Shown in pieces: positions 12,223 to 25,547 of a stretch of DNA of 64,000 nt. A program made the position numbers and the translations under genes. Source of the stretch: Octopus sinensis (lineage: Eukaryota); NCBI RefSeq assembly GCF_006345805.1, contig NC_043012.1:14818001-14882000 (forward strand), written 5' to 3'. Position 1 is the stretch's first letter, and each line of letters starts with the position of its first letter. A model generated the notes under the pieces. That model made no database searches. It was not told the DNA's origin and was given only the letters and a program-made list of their open reading frames with translations.

Positions 12223-12566
12223 CATGGCACCTTGGGCAAGTGTCTTCTACTATAGCCTCGGGCCGACCAAAGCCTTGTGAGTGGATTTGGTAGACGGAAA
12301 CTGAAAGAAGCCTGTCGTATATATGTACATATATATGTATGTATGTGTGTGTATACGTTTGTGTGTCTGTGTTTGTCCCCCAACATCGCTTGACAACCGA
12401 TGCTGTTGTGCTTAAGTCCCTGTAACTTAGCGGTTCGGCAAAAAGACCAATAGACTACGTACTAGGCTTACAAAGAATAAGTCCCGGGGTCAATTTGTTC
12501 GACTAAAGGCGGTGCTCCAGCATGGCCACAGTCAAATGATTGAAACAAGTAAAAAAGTAAAGAGTA
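12222..12566 (+). mobile_element. tRNA-derived SINE family A (5' truncated)
   Basis: ggcaccttgggcaagtgtcttctactatagcc..cagcatggccacagtcaaatga..gaaacaagtaaaa. Confidence 0.85.
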
Positions 12567-12789
12567 TATGGAGTGGATGTTCTTAACCTCGCTGTCTCAC
12601 TGTTGCCAGTACGAAGCAGGTGTCAAGAGTGTGATGCTGAAGAGAAGATGAGAAGAAGGTGGAATGGTAGAGCATCAGTAAACTGATAGAGAAAGTGGGG
12701 ATAATACAACATATCCAGACTCTGCACTCCATATACTTGTACTTGTGGCAACATTCACCCTGGGCGGGTTGAGTCGGCTTCTACCCACC

Positions 12790-13075
12790 TCAAGGCATCA
12801 CGAACCATGGCAGCTCATGCACGACGGTCCTGTGCCAGTTCACTGGAGATAGCGAGCCAGTCACGGTTCCATCGGTGCAGGCTGACCACCTGCGGACCCG
12901 TGAGCACAGAGAGGTCCTCCTTGATCGTCGTAACCCAGGTCTTCAGCTGCCCGCCCGCGTGTTTCCACCAGTTGGGAAGTGGAGTTGGGAGAAGGACATC
13001 ACGGCTCAGTTCACCCACCAGACGCCTACACGCATGGCCAAACCACCACAGATGGAAGGGGCGGCATATGAGTTG
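12790..13075 (-). mobile_element. RTE LINE 3' fragment
   Basis: LWWFGHACRRLVGEL..WWKHAGGQLKTWVTTIKEDL..SELAQDRRA. Confidence 0.8.
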
Positions 13076-13194
13076 TGATTGCAAGTCAAAGTGACCATAT
13101 GGTCCTCAATTAGGTTAGAAGCATCGTATATCTGGAATAGCAAATCTATGTTGTGCCTGGTCAATGGGTCAGTTTACTTGCATACTATAGGGCT

Positions 13195-13645
13195 ACTTAA
13201 GGGTTTACTTGGAACTTTACGCTTCTACCCTTTTACATGTTTCAGTCATTTGACTGCAACCATGCTGGAGCCCACCTTTAGTTGAACAAATCTACCCCAG
13301 GACTTATTCTTTGTAAGCCTAGTACTTATTCTATCAGTCTATTTTGCTGAACCATTAAGTTTCAGGGACATAAACACACCAACATCAGTTGTCAAGCAAC
13401 GGTGGGGAGATAAATAGATACAAAGACACACACACATAACTATATACACACACACACCCACATATATATATATATATATATTTATATACGTGACAGGCTT
13501 CCATCTACCAGATTTACTCACAAGGCTTTGATCAGCCCAAAGCCATAGTAGAAGACACTTGCCCAAGGTGCCATGCAGTGGGACTGAACCTGGAAACATG
13601 TGGTTGGGAAGCAAGTTTCTTACCACACAGCTTCATCTGTGCCTA
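13195..13645 (-). mobile_element. tRNA-derived SINE family A
   Basis: Reverse complement of the family A consensus seen at 32952. Confidence 0.85.
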
Positions 13646-13966
13646 TGTACATGACTAACTATATTGGAGAAAGTCGTTAGATCAGACCTTAGAGAGCTTT
13701 AGATAACTTCTTGTGGATAAAGGGATGGACAACACTCAGATCAGTGGTCAATTTCCATATTCTAGGCCAGTCCAACCAAGACCAACACAGAAAAAAAAAC
13801 CCATTTTATTACAATGGTGACAATTTTGTTCATGAAAATAGTATTTGTAAAGATAACTTATTTGGAAGGTATAACTTTATGTCCAAATTTCAGATTCTCC
13901 GTTTTACTTGCATTTATTGGAGTACTTAAATCGGATGAGATTTGGAATATGAAACAAAAATGACTA

Positions 13967-14434
13967 CCATAAATCCTCGAGTATAATCTGCATTTTCTTC
14001 ACAAAATTTAAAGATCAAAATCCCTAGTGCGTACTATATATGAAATTAAAAATGAAAAATATTTCCTAAGCAATGTCCGAATCTCTATTTGTTGTCCGGC
14101 AATGTTTATTCAGACGCATTTTGTGATGTCGGGCGCAAAATACCTTAAATCATCCATAACTTGTAGTAAGCAACATTTATCAAAATAAAAGTATTCAGAA
14201 CACAGAATAACATATAACAAAAACAATTTGCAAACATATCTACATTCCCATATAACAGTTAAGAACATCACCATTATTGTATTACACATGTGCGGAAGTG
14301 TTTGACTAGGTACGGCTGGCATAATTACGCACAACTCAAGTTAGAGAAGAGGTGCTCGGTTTTTCAGAGGTACAGCCCCCTAAAAATCCCCTGCATATTA
14401 TACTCAAGGGCAGACTATACTCGAGGATTTACGA
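13967..14434. mobile_element. pogo/Tigger-like MITE
   Basis: TIR ccataaatcctcgagtataatctgc / gcagactatactcgaggatttacga, flanked by TA at both ends. Confidence 0.7.
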
Positions 14435-15513
14435 TATTTAGCCTCATGTAAATCTTCTTTATATTAAGGATAATTACAACACTGAACTTGCATAATCATT
14501 AGCAGGCCAGGCAAAATGCTTGGAGGCATTTCATCCGTCTTTACATTCTGAGTTAAAATTCCACTGAGCTCTTTGGAGATCAATGAAACAAGTACCAGTT
14601 GAGCACTGGGGTTGATGTAATTGACTAAACCTTACCCCAAAATTGCTGGCTTAGTGCCAAAATTTGAAATGAATATTAAGGATTATTTGACAGTATGGTT
14701 GTGCTTTGTTAATGAGGTTAGAATAAGACCAGAACATGTCTGGAGTTATCTCTCATATATATTAGAATATCAGAATAATAATAAATTTTGATTAACATCG
14801 TTTTATTGTTCATCACATATTTATTTCTAGTCAGCTTTTTATTACTTTATTCATTGATGCTAAATTTGGTAGCACTGACTAACCAACTCCCAAAATACAA
14901 ATATCATTCCAGCAGTTCAGATGCTAACCAATTCTAATTATCAGCTGTTTGAAAATAGCCTTGGATATTTTGGCTAAATGACTAATTGATGATTCTTTTG
15001 GTTATTTCAATGAATTATTTTGATAATTCAGTAACTACGGCAGTGGATTGGCAGAGTTGTACAACAAGTGTTCAACAAGTGCCTTGCTGTGTTTAGTTAC
15101 AATCCTTTACATTCTGAGGTCGATTTTGACTTTCATTCTTCTGGAACACACAAAGTGCCATAGAATTCCATAGAACTGACATTTCTGGATTTATGGCAAT
15201 CTTTTATCTTTTACTTGTTTCAGTCATTTGTCTGCAGCCATGCTGGAGCACCACCTTGAAGGGTTTTAGTCAAACTAATCGACCCCAAGTGGTAGTAGGA
15301 GACAAACACACAGACACACTCCTAGATATTATATAGGGAGAGTTTATGAAAAAAACAAAAGACGAAGACAGGTGGTGTACAAAACAAACAGATGTATTAG
15401 TATAACGCTCAGGAATAGAAAAAGTCTTTCACGTTTCAAGCCTACGCTCTTCTACGGAAAGGGACACAGAAAAAATAAGGAGAGAAAAAAATGTGTGTAG
15501 TGACTAATGATCT

Positions 15514-15544
<31 letters not shown>

Positions 15545-15586
15545 GACGTTAAACAATGATGATGATGATGATGATATATATATATA

Positions 15587-15991
15587 CTAGCAGTATCGCC
15601 CAGTGTTGCTCGGGTTTGTAAGGGAAATAACTATATAAGCATTTTTAGTGAGTTATAGCAAAAAAATAGCAAAAAATGCATTAAAAATGGAATAAAAAAT
15701 GATGGTAATTTTTTTTTTTAAATCGTTGACTCATCGTAGACATTTTTAGAGAGTTACTTCCCTTATATAATAGCGAAAAATGCATTAAAATGGAATAAAA
15801 AATGATGGTAAATTTTTTTTAACTCGTAGACTCATCGTAGACGCGCGCTAATACCCAGAAGGGCTCGATATGAATCACGACTATAAGATACCCGAATTTG
15901 ATTAAACTGCACCGCAAAATGAGGGAGTAGTTAGGAATCTAAATCGAAGGGGACAGACACTCACACAACTACAGTTTTATATATATATAGA
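15587..15991 (-). mobile_element. Non-autonomous Helitron
   Basis: Minus strand starts A|TC and ends CTAG|T, with a cccgagcaacactggg hairpin ~10 nt before the end; internal tandem duplication. Confidence 0.8.
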
Positions 15992-16222
15992 TATATATGC
16001 ATGATGGGCTTCTTTCAGTTTCCATCTACCAAATCCCCTAACAAGACTTTGGTCAGCCCAAGACTATTGTAGGTGCCATGCAGTGGGACTGAATCCAGAA
16101 CCGTGTGGCTGGGAAGCAAGTTTCTTACCACACAGCCACCTGTTAAAAATGATTCTGTAACCAATTATTCTTTTGTTCCACAGTAAAAAATGAACTCCAG
16201 ATCCTACAGATTACATGAAATA

Positions 16223-17432
16223 CAGGATGTTCAGGATAAAAGGAAAGGAAACGATATCCCATACAAAAATAAAAGGATTTCAAAAAAATTTTTTAAATAT
16301 CGACTAGATTATGGTTGGGAAATAACAGTTTACTCAAAGTAGCCACCCTCAGCTTCCAGCATGGTCCCAAGATGGCTCTAGAACTTGACGCATGCATTCT
16401 TCACTATGTCCTTGGAAAGATCTTCAAATACCTCCTTGATTTCGACCACCAGCTTGGCCTTGGTGCTGCAGGCAGAACGGTTGGTGCCTTTCTCAACCAA
16501 GTCTCACACATAGCAACGGGATTACAATCGCAGGAAATAGAGAGGCTAGAAATTGGGACTGGTGAAGTCAGAAAACTTCTCCGACAATCACATCTGACTC
16601 TTTCCAGAAGTAAGGTAAGAAGTCAAGTCCTGCTGCAGCCTTCTCCAACCAGTATGGATGAATATAGTCTCCAGCTGCTTCACATAGCTGTCTGAATTGA
16701 ACCTGAGGCTCTGATTAACAATGTACTTAATTGTACTTGTGACGGCAGCGTTCATCCAGCACGGGTTGAGCCAGCTTCTTCTCTCATAGAAGAAGTTTCG
16801 TGGGAATATTGAATTCACAATTGGTCCCCGACATCCCGCATGCATATCCTGAGTGACTGCATGCCCTGTTTGCCGCGGAGTCTCCACAGACGCAAGGACA
16901 GAACGACTCCAAGCCGCCGGTTGCCGATCATATGCCTCTTGGAATTTTCACCAGAGCCCCGTTAGCCAAGCTGCGGCCCTAATACCGCTCGGTGCCAGAC
17001 CAATCCGCCTTGGGTGGCCCAACCAAGAACTGAAGTTCCCGACGGCATAGCTCTGACACTGCCCGTTTACACCACCCTACCGCTTTGAGGAGGGGTTGAA
17101 CTTTAACAATGTGGGTCGGCATGATGTCACCCTCACAAGAGGCACAAGAAAAGATCATTGCAATTTGGAGGGAACCCATGATGTCCATGCCATGTCTTGC
17201 ACAGAGTCCACAGAGCACTGGGCACTGGGCAGCAGCAGTTACGATGTCTGCATCTCAATACCCAGAGCGAATCTTCATGATCCAGGTAACTCTTATCTGA
17301 TATTTGGATAGTTTCCAGTCTTCCCTCAACCAGAACTTATAACCTTTCTTCTCCAACATTGTTGACCATTCAGAAGCTGTTCCTGAAAACTGGAAACATA
17401 AAAATTCATGAAATCTGGCCCAAACATCCCTG
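16223..17432 (-). mobile_element. Decayed maT/mariner-like DNA transposon interrupted by an insertion
   Basis: Remnants MIFSCASCEGDIMPTHI|VNQSLRFNSDSY..QQD..TSGKSQ..LSEKFSDFTSPNF..EAEGGYFE; TA-flanked CAGG(G)ATGTT ends. Confidence 0.75.
16725..17102. mobile_element. Unidentified GC-rich 378-bp insertion with 10-bp TSD
   Basis: ttaacaatgt at 16715-16724 and 17103-17112; removing it restores the transposase frame. Confidence 0.75.
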
Positions 17433-17637
17433 TATATGAAGTATTGATAAAAACGACGAGGCTAATAATAAAATGTTTTGTTCAAGAAATTATATTTGCA
17501 GGAGAAATAAGTTTTACTTGCAACTGAAAAAAATCCGTACAATTACTTACTAATCCATAGTAAGATGATATTTTTATGAACTAACAAATAAATCTCACAG
17601 AAAATTTTTTTTAAATCTTGTTTTTATCCCATTTCAG

Positions 17638-17695
17638 TGACGAGCTCGAAGTTACTAATAAAATAAACAGTAGAACAACTCATTCAACCATCAAT
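17638..17695 (+). CDS. Candidate internal exon (DELEVTNKINSRTTHSTIN, phase 2 to 0)
   Basis: tttttatcccatttcag acceptor and GTGAGT donor; only one frame open. Confidence 0.55.
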
Positions 17696-18198
17696 GTGAG
17701 TATTTAGCAATGAAATAAAAACCAACAATGGCAGACTGTTGGCTACTTAAGGTAGACTTAAGTAGAAAGACAAGCAATGTCTGCTCCTCGTGAACTAAAA
17801 CAAAAATAACAGAGATACTTGAAAACATTTGAACATGACTAGCAATGCATCTTAGTGTTGCCCGGGTGTTATGACCTACAACCACATTGTATTATTTGTT
17901 CCTTTCTTATGAGCAGAATTGGCACAGCTGATATATAAGAAGAACTGGATCACTGGCATAATGGAAGTTATTGTTTGTTTAAAAGGGAAGGGCAGGGTGA
18001 GGGTTCAGTTTGCATGAAAGTGCCTTCTCTTCCTAAGAAGGATCACAAACGATGTATTTTTTCATTGTGTAAAAGTGGGTCAATACGATTTTGCCCAGAA
18101 ATCCTATTTTCAAACTTTCGATACCCCACCCCCACCTCTGTCCCCACTGAAATTTCTTAATTTGTAACTTTTTTCGAATTTTTTTTTTATCCACGTAG

Positions 18199-18222
18199 CA
18201 AAATACAGAGATAAAGAATCTG
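18199..18222 (+). CDS. Candidate 24-nt exon (QNTEIKNL)
   Basis: T-run-ccacgtag acceptor and GTAAAT donor; in phase with 17638-17695. Confidence 0.45.
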
Positions 18223-18227
18223 GTAAA

Positions 18228-18785
18228 TCATCATCATCATCATCATCGTTTAACGTTCGTTCTCCATGCTAGCATGGGTTGGACGGTTCGACCGGGGATC
18301 TGGGAAGCCAGAAGGCTGCACCAGGCTCCAGTCTTATCTGGCAATGTTTCTACAGCTGGATGCCCTTCCTAACGCCAACCACTCCGTGAGTGTAGTGGGT
18401 GCTTTTTATGTGCCACCTGCACAGGTGCCAGGCGAGGCTGGCAATGGCCACGGTCGGATTGGTGCAATTTACGTGCCACCGGCACGGAAGCCAGTCGAGG
18501 CGGCGCTGGCATCGGCCACGAGTCGGATAGTGCTTTTTACGTACCACCAGTCCAGGGGTCCTGGCATCTGCCGGGTGCCAGTCATAGGATTGGTTCAATT
18601 CGATTTCGATTTCACTTGCCCCAACATGTCTTCGCAAGCAAAGGGGGTTGGCATGGGTGCCTGTCGTCGGATGAGGTTCTATATCGACTTCGCTTGCCTC
18701 AACAGGTCTTTGTGTCCAAGGGAGGAAAGGCATGCATAAGTGGGCTGGGCTCGCTTGTCCTGCCTGGTCTTCTCACGTACAGCAT
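18228..18785 (-). mobile_element. (GAT)n-tailed retroposon, long CpG-rich copy
   Basis: Same family; internal gtgccacc repeats. Confidence 0.8.
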
Positions 18786-20413
18786 ATTTCCAAAGGTCTC
18801 GAATATATATATTTTTTAAAGTTTAATTTTTCTTAAAGAAATACTCAATGCCCCTTCCCCCCACCTTGCTCACCCATTACCTACCCGCTTTCAAAAAGCT
18901 AAAACCTCCTGATGTTTCACTTTCTGCTGATGTCTCATGCATGCATAGAATTGCACCGAAATAGCAAACGTAAAAAGTCCCAGACCACCACCACCACAAA
19001 ACCCGACATGCTAGAAACAACAGGTAAACATAATTATTTCTGAAGAAACTTCTCCGCTTTTCAAAAGCTAAAAGTGAAACATTGGGAGTTTGTAGTTTTT
19101 TGAAAGTGGTGAGGTGATGGGTGGATGCTTGGGAAGTAGATTTTAGGGTTTCTTTAAGAAAAAAAGGAAGAAGAAAATTCTTTAAAATTTTTACTCTCAG
19201 TTTTTTTCTCCGTGGATTACCATAAAAAGAAAAATTTGGAAAAAAATAAGAAAATGAAGAAATTGGGATGGGAAGGGAGAAAATTAAAATATTGAGAACG
19301 TGTGTTTTGACCAAAATCCTAATCTCCTGTATTGAAAACAAAGGAAACAGAAATTTAAGAAAAAAATAAGGTGGGGGTGAAAATGTCACTTCGGACATAC
19401 TAGAAGCAACAGGTAAAGGACAGGATTTCTGGGGAAAACTTCCTTTTAGGTTTATATCTAAGATATAAACCTAAAATGCTTAATGCTTAGCAGTATTTCA
19501 TCCATCTTTACATTCTAAATTCAAATTCCACTGAGGTCGACTTTGCCTTTCAGGGTTGATAAATGATAAATACGTCGATGGTAGAAAGAAGGCTTATATT
19601 AGATATAATAGTAATAAACTTATAGAGAGAAAGATGGATTTTTCAGTGAAAGTGAAATAACTTGGCAAAATAGATGTGGTTGTTATTTAAAAAAAAAATT
19701 TATTCGAACTTTGCTTTGTCTGAATAGATATGTAGCAGGAACGTGTAGCAGAAATATTTATGAATCAAACCTGGATAACTGCATCCGATGGAGAAAAAAA
19801 CAAACAAAGAAACCCCCAAAAATCCAACAATTCAAGAATACGATCTCAATTCGCTAAAATATTACCAGTGTCATAAAAAATTCTGACCATTCAAGACTCC
19901 ATGTGGAACCGGATCTAACATATGACACATCTACATTATGTGGATGATATTTTCAATCCAGACGTTACAAGTGTATCTGATTCTTCAGTGCCTCAATTCT
20001 GTATCTATGCAGGTTTACTAGATTGCTGACATTTAACAATGGTTTTCTCTCATCGTTTTGATATGTAGGTCGACTTTGCCTTTCATCCTTTCATAGTCAA
20101 TGAAAAAACGTATCAGCAACGCACAGGGGTTGATGTAATTGACTAATGCTTTCCCCTCAAAATTCAGGCCTTATGCCTATAGTAGAATGGATTATTAATA
20201 AAACTGCCAGCATTTTTTAAGACATGTGTATCCTAGTATATATATAATTATGTGAACGATATTTTAAAAGCAAAAGACCTTAATATTTAATTTCATATAT
20301 ATATATATATATATAGTTGCCAGAGAAGTCTGGCAAGCGGTCACCAAACAAGTCTGGCATTAACTTGCTGAGTTCGTTGAGCAGACCATCAAAACTGGGC
20401 CTTTGTATTTCAG

Positions 20414-20444
20414 GGGTTTGCTGTAGGCTACACTATACAGTATT
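20414..20444 (+). CDS. Candidate 31-nt exon (GFAVGYTIQY)
   Basis: ctttgtatttcag acceptor and GTAAGC donor; in phase with the two preceding candidates. Confidence 0.45.
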
Positions 20445-22810
20445 GTAAGCTACAAGCACATCAGGTCACATTGCTTTCGTTACTTAACCACAAATCAGGT
20501 CTGATCAAGTGGAGTTATCAAAAGGCATTCTAGCTGTGACCTTCGTGTCTTTTTATATATCTAGGATAATATTATTTAATATGTTCTTTTTTAAGCAGTC
20601 AGGTGTGACTTGAGTTAATTCGACTGCAAATTCTAGCAGGGCGAGTGACCACATAAATCAATGAATTTAATTGATAAAAGGGAAAGACAGCAACTTCCAA
20701 CCTTCATTGTTTCTATCTCGACACACATGTCTAACTCTGGTCCAACTGTCAAACGTTAGGAAGCTAAAACATGTCAACGTATCACTAAATCTAACGAGTT
20801 AAATTCAGAACAAAGTGAAGTGTTAAAAAATTGCTTTCTTTGCAGAGACAGTGTAAAAGCTAGAGGAGCCCTAATGAGATAATTTGCCTGAGTGTTCAGG
20901 TCAAAAGCTTCAAGAGGCAGGCGTGTGGGGTGGCGGGTTATTATTATTTTTTTCTAATTAGCCTCCAGTGACAAGATGTAATTTGTAGCTCAATTTCGAT
21001 TCCCATCGTTATCCTTATCGTAGTTTAGACTTTAAACCATTCGCGAAATAACTTATTCCCCTCTCCCTTCATATCTTTTTCCTCCCAACCTACATCTCTC
21101 TGAACTTATTTGGTACTGAAAGCGCGACAGGACAACCAAGAGGATACTGACTTTTTCGGCAATTCAAATACGTTTCTTGGTCCACAGTGGTGAGTATCTT
21201 GCAATTTATTTTCAAGAGATTATATTTAAAAAAAAAAAAGATTACCCCGCTATTACATCGTAACTAATGAAAGATGGAAATTATTTTTCATTCACTAAAT
21301 CCAAATTATGTCTGAAGAAAAAGTTTCTGCTCAAACTCTCACACTTTCGAAGTAAGACGTATCGCACAGGTGAATTGATCTCAGACCATGAAGTCTGAGA
21401 TCGGAGAAGAGCCATTCTGATCACTTAGTAACTCCCAAAAACGTGCCAAGAGTGACAGACTCTCTTCTTTGAATCAAAGTAGAACCAGGTGTTGTGCATA
21501 GGTGACCGTTATGTAATCAAGATATGTTATATTTGATAGAATATAAGACGTACTATTCCTTCCCACACAAAAACCCCTAAAAAGTCTCAAAAACAAAAAT
21601 CATCCCGGTTCCTACATGCGAAATTGGGCCTTCCACAAGTTGTAATACCCTGAAAACTTTTCCTCTTGATCATTGGGGGCTGAAATTGGGCCGCATCTTA
21701 ATACTCCTGTGCGTTTGTTTTTTTATATCATCAAATACTTCTGTCCAGCACCGTCGTAAGGCATGGACATTCTGAACAATTGCTCGGGGCTGTCATGGGT
21801 CAAGGGACCTATTTCTGATCTTTGAATGCTGTGGTTTCCTGTCAACAAACAAATACAAAAGGGCCGAATGCACTGATTTCCTTGGGAACCTATAATATAC
21901 TGCACAGACACTCCCTCTTTTCCGTCTATTGTATGTAGGCACTGACGTGGATAACCAAGTCAGCTTCCTTAGAAATATACCTACAAAATATTCCAGTATC
22001 AAGAATCAATAAACTTAGTGAACGAGGAAAGCTCATTTCGTTGATATGTGTACTAAACGGTTAAATCTTACACACAGATCACTTAGGTTTTTCATCTTTT
22101 AATAATATCGCCTCCCTCCTGGTAAATACCTTGGCTGACACCCTCTCGACTAGGCGGCGCAGTAGAGATGCATACATACAATAGATGTGAGTGTATTCCT
22201 CCAGTAGAATAGAAAGCGAATCGTTTAAATATTCCATATATTTCGACTGTTACTGGTGAATGCGTGTAATTTTGTTTCCTGTGTATATTTGATTTAATTC
22301 TTTGAATCCTTCATATAAAACGGAACACAAGCCCACCCCCAAGGGAGACCCTCAGATTTAGATTCTAGTATGGTGTTACATGCAAAACATGAATTTGCAT
22401 GCTAGATTTTTCTTTTCTTTTTGAAAGACACATACTTTTAAATTCAGAGATGTGAGGATTTATAATCAACGACGAGGGTTCGAAACAGTTGTTCATAAAC
22501 CATCTTTCTTGAATGAAATCAAATCTTGACGCCTGTTGAGCAGCTGACCTACAAATTAGTGAAAGTTTTGATGGGAATGTTCTATCAATGTTCTTTGTAT
22601 TCAAATATATGAATGTACCCAAGAGCAGCAGTCTTCTTCATTTTTAATTCCTATTGAATGCATTATAGGAATATAAATTGACCACAGTACTTATTTTATC
22701 GGACCCCTGGGAGGATGAAAAGCAAGGTTGACTTTGACGAGATTTGAACTTAGAAAAAAATAAAAGATCTTAACGAAGCCCTTCTTGTGGTAGGATATTG
22801 TAAGGATTAG

Positions 22811-23047
22811 GAAGGCGGCGAGATGGCAGAGTGGTTAACGCACCGGGCGAAATGCTTTGAGGTATTTCGTCTGCCGTTACGTTCTGAGTTCAAAATTCCG
22901 CCGAGGTCGACTTTGCCTTTTATCCTTTCGGGGTCGATTGAATAAGTACCAGTTGCGTACTGGAGTCGATGTAATCGACTTAATCCCTTTGTCTGTCCTT
23001 GTTTGTCCCCTCTGTGTTTAGCCCCTTGTGGGTAGTAAAGAAATAGG
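22811..23047 (+). mobile_element. SINE family B with ~17-bp TSD
   Basis: taggatattgtaa(g/c)gatt at ~22791 and ~23044. Confidence 0.85.
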
Positions 23048-23109
23048 ATATTGTAACGATTCAGCTAATCCTAATCGTTTTACAATTTATTCCAAGGCAA
23101 GTCTTCAAT

Positions 23110-24660
23110 ACGGATGGGTTGTATTATTGTAGCAAGACTCATACCACATAAATAAGCAATACCTAATTTCGAAGTAGTTTCTGATCTTATGCGTAATATT
23201 TTCCCACAGAAAATGGCTCAACTGATGTCATCGAGTTTTAAAGGTTGCGGGATTTCTTTAGTTTATTAAATATTTTATGGTTATTGCTTGGTTTTTGTAT
23301 TACAAATGTGACATTAGGTAAGTCACAAATCACAAATAGGCCACACTGTGTCAATGTTGACGTGGTTCTGAGATTTACGGTTACAATTTCAATACATAAC
23401 TTTCTGTTGGAATGCAAACAATTTCCTCCTCTGGGTCCTTGTTAAATAAATTCTGTGATCGCAGAGGATATTATATGGTTCCTATTGCTTCATAAGGAAT
23501 TTACTGCCAATTCGCAGCATGTTGATCTGCTCTGTCTTCAACTCGTCTCTTTCTTTTTTGTTTGTATTGTTTGAGTGATATGCAATATTCAAAAACTGGC
23601 TGCAGTGAATACTAATCCTCTTTCTCTGTCGTCCCTTCTGATATGGAGCTTGCTAATAACACTGTTTATGCGGAAGCTTCCATCTGAAATTAGGATCTTA
23701 CGAGTTTTAATATCCTTTCTTCTAAATGACACAAGGTCTGAAATATTCAGTGGCTGACTAATCTAATTTTATCGACCCCGAAAAAATGAAAGGCAAAGTT
23801 GACCATGACGACATATGAATTCAGAACATAAGGCCGGAAAATGGTGCTGCCTGAGGAGTGGGGCCCATGCAGCCATTTCGTCTTCCATTATTATATAATA
23901 TTCTTACTCATTCGTTTTATATTTATTGTCCCCACTGTAGTGTTGTGTCTGTCCTTGTAGTGTCCCCTCTGTGTTCGTGGTCTGAATGCCAAAATAAAGA
24001 AATTGGTACAAATACTACAAAGGCATTAATTTATTATAAATAGTTTATCTTATAAGAGGAAAAACCACTCACTGCCAGACCCCCATAAACAATCTGTAAT
24101 AGTCTCTGATCCCTTTTATTTTAGTTCACTTTGTAGAATACATTTTCATCAATACAAAAATAGCAGTTGCTTGAAAAAAAAAAAAGAAAAATGGACAGAA
24201 TTTCTTGTGTATATGGAAGTTTATAATTATCATCAAATCCTCTGCTTGCCTGTTCGTTATTAAAGGATGCTGTCCTTATTGCAATGGCCAATGATTCGTC
24301 TTTTTGTGTCAGTAGCTTTGTGTTTTTGTCAAAACTATTCAAAACATTCAAGCCGCGATATCACAGTCTAGTTAACAATAGGTAGGTCGTACCTGATATT
24401 TTATTCACTTTCCATACCCAACGAACTTGCTGTACAACCGCTTAGCATTCGTTCGCTCAAATTTCTCACCAAATCGGAGAGAGCCATGGTTTCTTTGAAA
24501 TTGGTTCTTCCTGGCACTGCACATGAAGATAGAGATGAATGTGCCGCAATAATGGTTTCCCTTTCGTTTATTCTTATTTGACAACCCTTTGAAGTTATCT
24601 TGAAATAATCTTTTGGGAAGATATAAATGCCACCCTGGCTCTTCAGTAGCTTTGATAGCA
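23110..24660 (-). mobile_element. Decayed R4/Dong-like (RLE) non-LTR retrotransposon
   Basis: DIKTRKILISDGSFRINSVISKLHIRR...RGL, LFAFQQKV and CHIC motifs at 23110-23760; 24100-24660 assigned tentatively; interrupted by other repeats. Confidence 0.5.
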
Positions 24661-24698
24661 TACTTAATTATGAAATCCTTTTTTTTTTTCCTAGGCTG

Positions 24699-25117
24699 GG
24701 ATCTTTTCGGTTTGACCGGCAGTTTTTTAAAATAATTTCCACGTAACTAAACACTTTTAAACTTCGTATATTGGTAGAATGTGTTTATAAAACATCTTTT
24801 TCTCTTGGCTTTATTGAGAAAATTCTATAGTTTGTAAGATATTTGTTGTTGTTTTTTTCTTCAATTTCTGCAATTTCAACCAATCAATGACTTCCTATTG
24901 AGGTGAAAGCATTCTGTGCCGTATGAATATGTCCCTCGTTTAAGAAACAGATTGTGTTTATTTACATTTCTGAAGAAAAAAAAAGATACCCTCCCCACCC
25001 CTAACCTTAACCCTTAAACAGATTGAAATGCAATAGATCGATTCTAGGGTCATAATTATGGGTGAGAATTTCATATGACACCGCTAGAAAAAACTGTTGT
25101 TCAAACCGAAAAGATCC
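24699..25117. mobile_element. TIR-bounded non-autonomous element containing a (ccctaa)-like tract
   Basis: ggatcttttcggtttga..cagtttttt / aaaaaactgttgttcaaaccgaaaagatcc; flanks share tttcctaggct. Confidence 0.65.
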
Positions 25118-25504
25118 TTTTTCTTTCCTAGGCTTCGAGTTGACAGAAAGTCAGCAACCAAAGTCCAAACATTGTAGACTCTTCCGTTCATCCTTCTGGA
25201 AATTGATAAAGCATGTACCAGTAATATACTGGTGTTTGATTCAGTTGATTTTATACTTTACTACTTCTAAACTGGTTTTGTGCTTAATGACTGGCTTCAC
25301 TAATCTTATCGGCTGCCAACATGAAACTTGACACTCTTCAAAGAGCAAAGGTTGCCTGAACGATTAATTAGCAAGAGGCTCGATTCTATTACAAGTTCTT
25401 TTTTTTTTTATCAGTGCCTCTCGCTAACAGTTCAACCACATGGTGTATGTTTGTTTATGTATGTATGTATGTATGTATGTATGTATGTATATAATATATA
25501 TAAT

Positions 25505-25547
<43 letters not shown>

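Noticed and set aside
19788-19886. Short ORF MEKKTNKETPK.. resembling exon 32557 (MEKTDQKSPK..)
   Set aside because: Low-complexity K/T/E similarity with little nucleotide identity; probably chance
22154-23317. Split start codon AT|G giving a signal-peptide-like MLRDFFSLLNILWLLLGFCITNVTLG with a GTAAGT donor
   Set aside because: The second exon is antisense to an A-rich R4-like LINE remnant, which produces hydrophobic codons by composition; weak start context and no convincing next exon. Exonisation is not excluded
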